From: Batkoa obscura
Taxonomy: Eukaryota
Length of the DNA: 48,760 bases
NCBI GenBank assembly: GCA_030770535.1
Contig: JASVEC010000116.1
Coordinates: 1-48,760 of the forward strand
Direction: 5' to 3'
Positions 38,276 to 48,760 of the stretch are shown here, piece after piece. The position numbers and the translations under genes are program-made. Positions within the stretch are counted from its first letter, which is position 1. The number at the start of each line of letters is the position of its first letter. The notes beneath the pieces are model-generated. The model searched no databases. It worked only from the letters and a program-made list of their open reading frames with translations, and was not told the origin of the DNA.

Positions 38276-39784
38276 AAGATTATACTATCACTTTATCTTA
38301 AGTTGATTAAAAAACCTTGAATTTTGAAGTAATAGACTGTTATTATTATAAGGATAAGGATAAGGATATGGGTATTACAATTTTAAAGAATTATATGCTA
38401 AGTAGTGCTTAAATCAATGATCTATGTGGTATTAGATTATTATTAAAGGATCTAGTTTGCTAAATATTAGAGTAAATTTTTATTTAAAAATAGGCGTTTA
38501 AAACAAATGGCTGTCACTTTGAATTAGTAACAGTAAAAGAAGAAAATGGTGACTTAAAGAATAGGGAAAACTAAGTTGAAAGGGACGATAGTGTAAATGC
38601 GCTAAAGGAGCCAACTTTCAAGTGAATTTGTTTTTTTGATTTAAACTCGTTAACCTCCAAGTTAGTTTTCATATTTCAAACTGGGTCTTTATTTATATTC
38701 ATAGTAGACTTAATCCTAATTAAAGCAATCTTTTATAATTTGAACAGATGTTTTATTAATAAAAATGACAAAAACTATGAGTGTCAAGAATAACATGATA
38801 ATTAAAAGTAAGTTAAACTTTTATATATGAATCCATGCTTTATCGCATTTTTATTTACTATAAAAATAATCATGTCATTTTTTATTATTTTAAGTTTTCA
38901 TGGATGGTTGAAGTTATTATATATATTGAATGGATAAAAAGTGGTTTATTTGAATGATCAAAATAGCTTTAGATATATTATTAGTATATTATCAATGGAT
39001 TATTAATACATATCGGTAATGAGATAATAGTGTTAGGTTCATTATAATTTACTACTAAAGTACAACTTTTATTTTGATTATTTAAATTTTATCTAACAAA
39101 AACTGATATTATAAAAAAATAATTCAGGAATAGTGAATCTTTATTGAAGGGTTTTAGGCATTTATTTCGAGTTTATTTAGTTTACGCTTATTCTATTTTA
39201 TTATTTTGATATTGTCTTTTTGTTTATTAAATTAAATAAAACTAAACTTAATGTGAGCGTTTCTTTTGAAATTTTTTTTATAAATTTAATTTTCTGCCAT
39301 ATAAAAAGTGGATAAATAAACAAACAAAACTAAAATAAGACATCAGATGTATTTTAGAATATAAATATTTGATAAAATAATATTGAAAGTATAATAAGGT
39401 AGTCAAAAGTTAATATATTGATCTATACTTTGATTTATTAGCTATTTATATGTTATTATCAGGTATAAAGAATACAATGCATTGTCATTTTTTAAAAACT
39501 AATTGATCCTTAATCAAGTATATGAATAGAGTAATAGTTAAATGAATTTGAAAAGTAAAATAATTTAATTTAATATTGATAAAGTAATATTCTAGTAAAA
39601 ATGCATACCTTTTGTTTAATAATATATTAATAAACTAGTGCTAAAAAACCATTCCTTCAAACTAAATTCATCAACCTAACCTTTATTTATTCACTAAAAA
39701 GAGTTATTATTATTATTTGCACACTTCTTTGAACCTTAAAATACAAAACCAAACATATAATATAAAATAAAATCGTTCTATTAT

Positions 39785-41628
39785 TTAAACAATTTCTGGT
39801 CCATTCATTCTGTCCATTTCCTCTTGCCTTAATCTTTCTTGACAATTAAAAACCTCCTCTTCCCAATTAGTATATAAAATAGCAGATACTAAAGTTAAAG
39901 CACATAGAAATAAAGCAATAGCTAATCCCCACCATAAACCATAAACACCCCAACCTAAACCAAAAGCTAAATAAAATCCAATGGGTAATGATAAACCATA
40001 ATAAGCAATAACATTAACAATTGCACCCAGTTTCTGTCTTCCTTGCCCTCTTAATAAGCCACCAGATACACCACTCAATCCATCAAACACTTGAAATAAA
40101 GCAGCAATTGGAAGTATAGATTTAGCTAATAAAGCTACTGATTCATCGTCCGTAAACAAATAACCCCAGAAATCCCTGAAAACAACTAAGATAGTAGAAT
40201 TGATCATGGAAAATAGTAATGCTAATAATAAAGCTGCTAACCCACATAGTTTAGCTCGATTGCTAGTTGCATCTCCGAGAAGGTTGCCCATTCGATTAGA
40301 AGCTGCTATACTCAATCCCAAAGGTACCATGTAAAATAAATTACATGTAGTTAATGAGACTGCATGTGCTGCAAGGGGTGCTTTTCCTAAATATGAAGCT
40401 GCCAACCCCATGACCTCAAATGCCCACCATTCAGCACATACCATAATAATTCCAGGAATTCCTAATTTCAAAAATTCATACCAACCATCTAAGCTTTCTT
40501 TTGTCCATCCACCCCATGCTTGATAGCCTTTAAATAATCTTATATAGATAATAGCAAAGATCATCATACACCAATTAGTTAATGCAACAGTTAAGGGTGC
40601 ACCATCAAAACCTAATCTAGTTGGTTCATAAAACACTAATAAAAAATTTAATACTACATTGATTGGAATAACGGAGAAGAGAATATAAGTAGCAGCTGTC
40701 ATGATATCTTGAGCTTGTAAAAATTTCTTTAAGCATTCAAAAACAATATATGGGGGTGCTCCTAATAATAAGATCTTTAAATATCGACCGCAATAATAAG
40801 CTAACTCTGGATCTTGCTTTAATAATAATAATATGTTCTCTGCATATAGCCACAAGAAGGATACGGGAATGAGGAGAGTTAATGAGATCAAGATCCCTCT
40901 TTGTAAATAGATACCTACTATATGTAAATTTCTTGCCCCTGTAAAAGCTTGAGAACATAGTGTATCTAAAGCTGTAGCCATACCCATTGCTACAGACCAA
41001 CCAGTAACAGAAGCAAACATATTACTTAATGCGGAGGCAGCTAATTCTGTAGGACCCTTTTGGATAAAAAACATATAAAAAACAACATATGGTAATAATA
41101 ATAAAAGCTTACCAAATGACCTAATGAATAAACTGAAGCTAATGGAATGATATTTTGTAAAACATAACTGATAACAATTGGTATAGCTAATTTGGATAAT
41201 AAATAAGACTCATTAACTACCCTTTTAAAAGTTATATCCGAAGGTTCAATATCCATGAATGGTGCGCTTTCTGCAACATCAATAATATTATTGACTCCAA
41301 GTCCAATCTCGGAGCTTGTGTACCCTGAGTAGGATGGAATTACGGTTGGATTTTGACCTAAATGTTGGTTGATACTGTCATAGATGGTAGGCTTTAATAT
41401 ATCGGATGAGACGCTATGTTGACTTCCTCTACGTCCACTTAATACTCCACTGGAACGATTAGAACGGTAAGACCCAGACTCTAAATAGCTACTTAAACGT
41501 GGTTTGCTGCTGTTGGGAGTGGCACCGTAGCTTATATTTGTTGATGGTGTAGGATCATAAGGTGGCGGGTTTAATAAAGCATCGGATTCATTCCCATTAT
41601 CATCTACTGGATTATTACTGGAAGGCAT
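39785..41628 (-). CDS. MATE-family efflux transporter with long Ser/Pro-rich N-terminus, 2 exons
   Basis: Exons 41628-41113 and 41056-39785 (56-nt intron). Motifs GMATALDTLCSQAF, CAEWWAFEV, GLLRGQGRQ. Confidence 0.93.
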
Positions 41629-42070
41629 CGTTTATCTAAATTGAAATTAAAATATAAAAATATAAGAAAGTTAGGTTTTTAAATGCAAAAGTTTGGGGTA
41701 TTTTATTTCAAATAAAATTTGCTAGCTTACGTGATTTTTTGTGTTTAACTGAAAATTCAATTTTGAATAAATTATTATTGAGTTTTTATAAGTGCTGTAT
41801 TTTTTCAATTAGAATATTAGAATTCACTATTTTTTTATTGTAATTTTAGGATTCGGTATTTTTTGTTTAATAAATAAACCCCTTATTATTGGTATTATTT
41901 GTATTCATTTTATATGATAGATATAATTTATTCATATAATGATAGTAAAAAAAGTAGTCAACAATTTTCCTGCCCAAAAAATTCCAAAAATTTTCAACTT
42001 TTTTATTTCATTAAAACCAAAACATAAATTATAGTAAACTAAAACTACAAAAACCGCAAAACTTGAAACT

Positions 42071-43735
42071 CTACTTCTCCTGTCCCATTACCTTCGTCTC
42101 ATCCAATTCATCCATTAAACCAATTTCTTCATATCTTTCCATTATAATTTCACTATACCTTTTTAACCTAAAAATATTCACTTCATCTAATGACCATCTT
42201 CTATTAACTAATGTGTCTTCCCTTTCCTCTTCCCTTTGCCAACTCTCTCTTTTAAATCCCGAGGTATTGAAATTAAGTAATGTATGATTTAAATAAGTAG
42301 AGTAAGCATATTGAGAGTCTAAATCCCATAAGTTGGACTGGGAATGATTGAATTGTAGATTAGGAAATGAAGAATTGGAATCAGGTGGTAATTGAAGGAA
42401 ACTTATTTGATCTAACTTGGGGGAAGTAATTCGATTTTTTTTATAATAATTGAAGATGAGAAGAAGCAAACCGGAGAGTAATATACCACCTATAATTCCC
42501 ATTACTATAGCTAAGACCAGTTTATCTGTGGGAGATAACAATTCTTTTGTATTATCATTATTGTTATTTGATTGAGTAACGCCAGTTCTCATATGAGAAG
42601 ATTTTGTTGGTAATGTACTATTAATAGTGATACTATGTTGCCAATTATCTGTATTAATAACATAAAAATCTTTTATATAACGCTGATTACTATCTTTTTG
42701 ACCGAAGAATAAAAAATAATTATTTTGTATTAATAAAGCGGAATGAAAAGCTAATTTTAAATTAGATAAAGTATTATCATAATTAAGGAGTGGACGGGAT
42801 TCCATTTGCCAGGAGGTTAAATTGAGTAAATATAAATCTGAGGTTAATTGTAAAGTATTGTTACAATTGCTTAATCCACCATAAATAATGAGTTGTTTTT
42901 TATTTTTAAAATAAGTAGTTGTATGGCCAATTCTAGCTTCCGTAGGGGCGTTATTAATAATAATTTTTTTCCAAGTCAATAATTGAATATCAAATAAATA
43001 AATTAAATTAAAGGGCTTATTTAATTCATCTGTTATATTATTATACAATATTCTTCCATCTTCATTTAATAAATTAATAGAGCCTCCTAGTATAACCATA
43101 TATCGATCTTCTATTAGTGTAGCTGTATGATAAGCAGATGGGGGTATTTTTGCTTCATCTGTTGTATAAGTCAAATCTATCCATTGATTGCTAGTAAAAT
43201 TAAAGTGATAAAATTGTCTTGTTAATAATAATTGAGAATAATTGGGATGTTTAATATAACCACCAAATAAATATAGTTGATTGTCTTTGGTTATTATTAT
43301 ACTGCTACCACTTCGTTGTATTGGGCTATTATTATTGATTTCTGGACTGGCAAGTAAGGTTGAATTGTCTGGATTTAATATATAAAAGCTGGAAATTGTT
43401 GTGTTGACTGGAAGCAAATGTTGTAACTTGGGTTGTTGGTATATGTAGATAGTATACTGATCTTGTTGACAAACGGTGAACAATTTAGTGTATGTTGATG
43501 ATGATAAGGGTAAATTGTTAATTTTAGTTAATGTTTTGTTTGCTAATAAATGAGGTTGAGTTAAATTATAATTATAGACAGATTGACCATTGTTAGTGTT
43601 AATGTTGTTGGTAGATGAATTGGCTGCTATTATTATTATATTTTGATTGTATAGTATTGAAGAGGATTCTATTATCGATTGGCAAATTATTACAAAGGAT
43701 AACAATAGTATCAATACTAAATAAATAAATGTCAT
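42071..43735 (-). CDS. Type I membrane Kelch-repeat (beta-propeller) protein
   Basis: 554 aa. Hydrophobic signal peptide; Kelch repeats LYLFGG, YHTATLI..MVILGG, RIGHTT..LIIYGG, FHSA..FFGQ; TM segment LVLAIVMGIIGGILLSGLLLLIF followed by KKNR. Confidence 0.85.
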   Translation of the reverse strand: MTFIYLVLILLLSFVIICQSIIESSSILYNQNIIIIAANSSTNNINTNNGQSVYNYNLTQPHLLANKTLTKINNLPLSSSTYTKLFTVCQQDQYTIYIYQQPKLQHLLPVNTTISSFYILNPDNSTLLASPEINNNSPIQRSGSSIIITKDNQLYLFGGYIKHPNYSQLLLTRQFYHFNFTSNQWIDLTYTTDEAKIPPSAYHTATLIEDRYMVILGGSINLLNEDGRILYNNITDELNKPFNLIYLFDIQLLTWKKIIINNAPTEARIGHTTTYFKNKKQLIIYGGLSNCNNTLQLTSDLYLLNLTSWQMESRPLLNYDNTLSNLKLAFHSALLIQNNYFLFFGQKDSNQRYIKDFYVINTDNWQHSITINSTLPTKSSHMRTGVTQSNNNNDNTKELLSPTDKLVLAIVMGIIGGILLSGLLLLIFNYYKKNRITSPKLDQISFLQLPPDSNSSFPNLQFNHSQSNLWDLDSQYAYSTYLNHTLLNFNTSGFKRESWQREEEREDTLVNRRWSLDEVNIFRLKRYSEIIMERYEEIGLMDELDETKVMGQEK

Positions 43736-44217
43736 GATAAATTATAATACGTAAATAAATAAATAAATAAAAGAGAATATTTCGTAATAATTGTTGATTT
43801 ATTATTTTTAAACTATAAGCCTCGATTTTTATGCTTAAAAACTTGGATTTTGGTATTAAAATATTAGACTTTTTATTGCATGAAATAAAAACATGAATGT
43901 ATTTTTAAAATTTTTGGCAGAGGTTAAAAATATTTTGACAAAAGGGTTATGTACTAATTGGCTAAAGTATTAGTTGGCAGATATGATTTTAGTACAAGCA
44001 GGATAAAAATTACTATAGTATCTAACAATTTCATTAATTATCATATCTATTTAATTTAATGTAAGGACCTTGATATTAATTAATAAGTATAATTTAAAAA
44101 TTAATTTAAAATTAAAAATCTTATAAAAAATATAGCTTTTATATATATATCAAAAATAGCTTTTAAATTTAGCTTGACTGCATTAAATTTGATAACGACT
44201 AGTAAAAGTTAGCATTT

Positions 44218-44313
44218 GGGGATGTATTTTTTGCTTAAGGATTTCATTAATAATTTTTCTACTCAAATAGTGCTTAGAAAATGAAAAAGTAATGAAACTA
44301 AAAAAAACATCTC
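44218..44313 (+). mobile_element. ~98-bp MITE
   Basis: TSD ATTT. Confidence 0.87.
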
Positions 44314-44411
44314 ATTTTCTGAAATGATCACAAGTCAAGAAAAAAGTTAAAAATCGAATATGTTAAGTTCAAATATGCATTAACTTAATGTTTATTCAAA
44401 AATAATGATAT

Positions 44412-44488
44412 GGGGATGTATTTTTGTGTTTAAGAATTTTACCAGCAAATTTTCCACTCAAATAGCGCTTAAAAAACGGAGAAGTAAT
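44412..44488 (+). mobile_element. 3'-truncated MITE
   Basis: atat GGGGATGTATTTTTGTG..., right TIR missing. Confidence 0.83.
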
Positions 44489-44535
44489 AAAATAATCATA
44501 TTAGTATTTTCACTGCCAGTTTAACTTTATTGTTT

Positions 44536-44633
44536 GGGGGTGTTTTTTTTGATTTCATCACTTCTCCGTTTTTTGAGCGCTATTTGAGTGGAAAATTTGT
44601 TAGTGAAATTGTTAAATAAAAAAATACGTCCCC
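44536..44633 (-). mobile_element. ~98-bp MITE
   Basis: Flanks GTTT/ATTT. Confidence 0.87.
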
Positions 44634-44679
44634 ATTTTGTAAAATTATGAAAATAGTTTATTTTATCATCAGGTATTCT

Positions 44680-44683
<4 letters not shown>

Positions 44684-44713
<30 letters not shown>
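44684..44713. repeat. (AAT)n microsatellite
   Basis: About 10 units seen directly. Confidence 0.85.
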
Positions 44714-44720
<7 letters not shown>

Positions 44721-44790
44721 TTATTAAAAAGCAATTGCAAAAATATAAATAACAATAAGATATTGCTTATTGTTCCAATTCATCATCTTC

Positions 44791-46350
44791 TCATTTTAAG
44801 TCTTTTTTGTCGTAGCTACTTTTAGGGGGAGAAATTATGGACAATAAAGTTTGATTTGAATATAATGAAGCGTTATCTTGATACTTTAAATTAGGTAAAG
44901 CAAAGCTAATAGTTGAGTGGGATCCATCTTTAATTGGAGAAGGTTCAAAATGAGAGGCATTTCTTAATTTAACATTATCACCCTTTGGAGAAATTGATTC
45001 AGTCAATTCAAACTTAGTTAAAATACCATGTCTTTCAGGAGACTTTAATTTTCTTAATGTATTTTTATGTAATTCTTTAAATTGTAATTTCTTCTTTTTT
45101 TGATGATGAAGATAAGCAATAAGTTGAAATACTCCACTTAAATTAGTTGATAAAATAGCTAACGTAAATACCCAGCTTTCTCTATAATCAAATAACATTA
45201 AAAGTAAATGAACTGTTGGCGGAGTATATTGAAAAAAATGAATTAATAAATGAGTTTCTAATTTAATTTCAGCATAATCTAAAGTCATTATTGATTTGCG
45301 ATAAATTTGATGATAAAATTTCTTATTTAAACTTGGATCTTTTAACATTTCACTTTCCAATGTACTTAGTGTTTCTGTTGAGTGGTTCTTATTATTATGA
45401 TGATCATGTTTATAAGTACGTACTAACATATAACCTCCCAATATTAAAATAGCTATTACTAAATACAAAAATAATAATGCTATTGTACTTATCTTCCCTG
45501 CTAATGTTTCATCGTCAATTAAACACCAAAATTCTTCTGGTCCAAATGCATGGAATTGAGCTAATATAGTGGTAGCAATAAGTGGTAAACCAATAATAAT
45601 AAATAAAAGGAACCAATCGTATTTCCCTGTTTTTAATTCATACCCTTTAGTTGCTTTTAAAGCAGTTGAAATAGCAATAAACCCGATTAATAACATATCT
45701 GTTGCTTCTAAAGTATTGATGATAAATCCAATAAATTGACATGAATTTCCAGAAACTAAAGTATCGAATAAAGTAGAATAAACAATTGAAAACGTAAAGA
45801 ATCCACCCACCAATATATCATTAAGTACTGAATAAGTTAATATTCTTAAGCTAGAGTGAAAGCCTACTCGTTTTCTTAATTTATTAACTAAATATAATAA
45901 ATAGCCACAAGCCACAAAATTCAATGATGTAGTAATTAAGCCAACCACAAACATAGTTGATGCGCCAATTGGATCTTTGGAGCGTATATTCTCAGCTTCT
46001 TCACTATCTTCGGTTTCTTTATTTCCATCTTTATTATGACTATGTTCTTTACTACCTTCCACTTTAGTTGTATTAGTTGAAGTCTTACTTGATATTATAG
46101 ATTTTGAAGTAATTACAAGTACATCCTCTTCTTGTTTTAAAACCCGATTGTTTTGAGTTGGGGTTGGTGATGGGTAACTTATATATATTGTTTTTGTTGG
46201 TTCAATTGTTGGCTTTATATTCATTAATAAATCTTCAATAGCTTGAATATCGGGTGATATAATGTCCCCAGCATCATTTAATAAAGTTATTGATGTTATA
46301 TGGGTTAACAAATACAAAAACAATATAGATTGTAGTGAGTTTAGGTGCAT
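44791..46350 (-). CDS. Putative 7TM GPCR-like protein (Git3/cAMP-receptor-like) with signal peptide and T/S/E-rich ectodomain
   Basis: 519 aa with about 7 hydrophobic helices. A Cys at the top of TM3 (CQFIGF) and FGPEEFWCLI in extracellular loop 2 are typical of this receptor class. Family assignment is by motif recall only. Confidence 0.72.
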   Translation of the reverse strand: MHLNSLQSILFLYLLTHITSITLLNDAGDIISPDIQAIEDLLMNIKPTIEPTKTIYISYPSPTPTQNNRVLKQEEDVLVITSKSIISSKTSTNTTKVEGSKEHSHNKDGNKETEDSEEAENIRSKDPIGASTMFVVGLITTSLNFVACGYLLYLVNKLRKRVGFHSSLRILTYSVLNDILVGGFFTFSIVYSTLFDTLVSGNSCQFIGFIINTLEATDMLLIGFIAISTALKATKGYELKTGKYDWFLLFIIIGLPLIATTILAQFHAFGPEEFWCLIDDETLAGKISTIALLFLYLVIAILILGGYMLVRTYKHDHHNNKNHSTETLSTLESEMLKDPSLNKKFYHQIYRKSIMTLDYAEIKLETHLLIHFFQYTPPTVHLLLMLFDYRESWVFTLAILSTNLSGVFQLIAYLHHQKKKKLQFKELHKNTLRKLKSPERHGILTKFELTESISPKGDNVKLRNASHFEPSPIKDGSHSTISFALPNLKYQDNASLYSNQTLLSIISPPKSSYDKKDLK

Positions 46351-48162
46351 GATGTTAATATTGAATTATAAGAATAACAAGAAATAAGAAATAAAAGACT
46401 AAATGTAAGGGAAAATATAAGAAATGGATAAAATTTAGTAAGGGAACCAGCTTATTAAAGTTATTCCAGGTTTGATGTTTTTTTCCTAAAGTTTTTGAAA
46501 CGAAATTTAAGAGTCAGTTCACACTTATTTATAATTTTTTATAACGGTTAAAAACGGTGTCTTTATTAAATTTAAAAAGTTAACTACTCATTTCTAAAAT
46601 TAGTAAAATCATCATTACGATCTGTTACTCCAAAGAATGATTGAAATTGAAAGTTAAACTAGTTATTGAGTTGATGTTAATATTAATTATTTTTTTACTA
46701 TAATTATATAATTTATTCAAATTATCTAATATGTATTTTTTTTCTTTCAACTTGTTTGAACTAATCAAAGCGACACTAAAGAAATTCAATATTTTATGCT
46801 TTTTATTCGTGCAAATAGGGGTGAGCTCATCGAGATCCACTAATTAATTTTTTTATTTATTGCCAAGAATTTATCAATTGGAGTAAGTTAATAAAATGAG
46901 AACTTTAAGTTTGTATTTTAATAGAGAGTTATTTCATTTAAGTTGATTAAGATAATTATAAACATATTAATTAAAACTTTTAAAAAGCTCTTATTATAAA
47001 ACGAAGTCACTCAAATGTAATAAAAGTGTATAAAAGGTAATAAAAAATTATATATTTGATTTTTTATTGTTTATTTTATTTATAACTATACAATCATTAA
47101 TTAATTAATTAATTTCAATGCATTAACTACTTCTAATGCTATATTTCAAATTAAACACAATATCAATTTAGAGGCTCTTGAAGTTATTATCTTTGATAAA
47201 ATAAAAAAGAATTAACTGCTGATTATTAAAATTATAAATAAAATTGGTGGCTTATAAAAAAATTCAACTTTATTTTTAATATACTTTGTTATTTATTATT
47301 TACCTAAAAATAACTTATTTTTACATATTAAAATTAGTAGTTGGATGAGTTGAAATTAAACTTCAACTTTTCTCCGATGTTCAATATTCAGTTTAAATTC
47401 AATAAAAAATTAGTTTCAGTATAACAACTGTGTTTGATATAAAAACATTTTGTCTTTAAATATCAATTCCAATTTAGACACTCATTTTATTTTCAAATAA
47501 AAACTTTTAATTAAAGATAGAATGAGTTTTATATTAAAGGTAGTTATATAAAGTTTTTATAAATTTATTACTATTGAGGTGGTAGTAGTAATATTCATTT
47601 GGAAAGAGAGATTTGAAATAGTAACCTTGTAATAGCTTGAAATTAGATCAATGGTAACAAAAACTTATCAATATTTGTCTAAGTCGAAAATTTTGTTGAG
47701 ATTGAGTTCGTTGATGTGTTTAACTTTGTTTGATTATTTGTAAAACCTGCTTTAATTTTGTTGATAGTTGTTTAAAGGTTCCTGTTTCAAATTTCTTTCT
47801 CCAAATATAATTGGCATCAAATCGAGGTTTACCTTTATAAAGATTTTCTGTTAACAAAAAATTTTATTTTGCTGTATTGCAAAAGTAATTTAAATGTAGT
47901 TTCTTTACAGAATTTGAAGACATTATAAAATAGATATAATATAGTCATTAACTAAATCATAACTACAAAGTTACATCTAACTTATGACACCTCAAAATTC
48001 TATAAGAGAAAATCACATTTAATCTACATTTTTTAATAAGATGATCAAATAAAATAAAATTAGAATTATTAATTAAAGATCAATTTGATAAATAAAAATA
48101 CTATATAAACCCTTAGAGTTAATATTCTCAGGTAAGAGTATTTTCACTTTAGTTATAGATAT

Positions 48163-48257
48163 GGGGATGTATTTTTTTGCTTAATAATTTTACTAACAAT
48201 TTTTCCGCTCAAGTAGTGCTTAAAAATAGAAAAAAATGAAGCTAAAAAAACACCCCC
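48163..48257 (+). mobile_element. ~98-bp MITE
   Basis: TSD ATAT. Confidence 0.9.
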
Positions 48258-48760
48258 ATATGTTGTAAATTGATAGAATTTTTATCAAAGTTGATAAAAA
48301 TTCCTAAATTAGCAAAAAATTTACTAACATAACTTATGTATTAATATTAATTAAAGCTGTAATATATAAATAAGTGAACTATCTTAGTATTATAAATATA
48401 TATGTTTTTTGTTATTAGCAGTTAAATTATAAAATTTATTATATTTGTAAATAAAAACCTTAAATTTTTAAAACCAACTAATCAATATTTCTTATTTTAT
48501 CTAATGGTTTAGAACTATTTTTTTGTTATGAAAGGTTTTTTAAATGGCTATCAACTATGTTTTTTCTATAATACTTAATAAAAAAATCAAAACTAGTTTT
48601 TTAACTATTATTTATCTTATAATTTTTTCAAATATATAATACAACAACTTTTGAAATTTAAAATAGTTTCTTGTATCTGCTTATGTATTAATTTTTAGAA
48701 ACTTTTTAAAAAACTCTTTGGATCTTAAATTAATTGAACAATTTTTGTATATATTGAATA

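Noticed and set aside
46625..47830. 71-aa ORF and coding-looking patch near 47600-47830
   Set aside because: Low complexity, interrupted by stops, and no recognisable homology.
1132..48257. CRISPR array or SINE interpretation of the 98-bp repeat
   Set aside because: The copies are dispersed in both orientations with TIRs and 4-bp TSDs. There are no regular spacers, pol III boxes or tail.

Overview
AT-rich eukaryotic genomic DNA with very short (44-65 nt) GT-AG introns. The gene content suggests an early-diverging fungus (inference, not verified). Host genes are all on the minus strand: a CENP-B/pogo-type HTH protein without a DDE domain, a 7-exon BRCT-WGR PARP, an NSRP1/CCDC55-like gene, two MATE transporters, tRNA-Ala(AGC), a secreted/TM Kelch protein and a 7TM GPCR-like protein. 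Between PARP and NSRP1 lies a ~23.6 kb island with no intact host gene. It holds six young copies (A-F) and two relics of a ~2.47 kb Sola2-like DNA transposon (GGGG termini, ~21 bp TIR, ATAT TSD, ~567 aa DDD transposase that is broken in every copy) and a decayed acyl-CoA synthetase pseudogene. About 30 copies of a ~98 bp MITE (GGGGATGT...ACATCCCC, 4-bp mostly ATAT/ATTT TSD) are spread through the window. The most notable observations are: a ~200 nt multi-hairpin structure in the transposon 3' end; MITEs recurring at the same sites inside the transposon and marking its truncation points; intron-like signals (GT, TACTAAC, TAG) inside the MITE; patchwork mosaicism between copies; and an in-window empty site for copy E.
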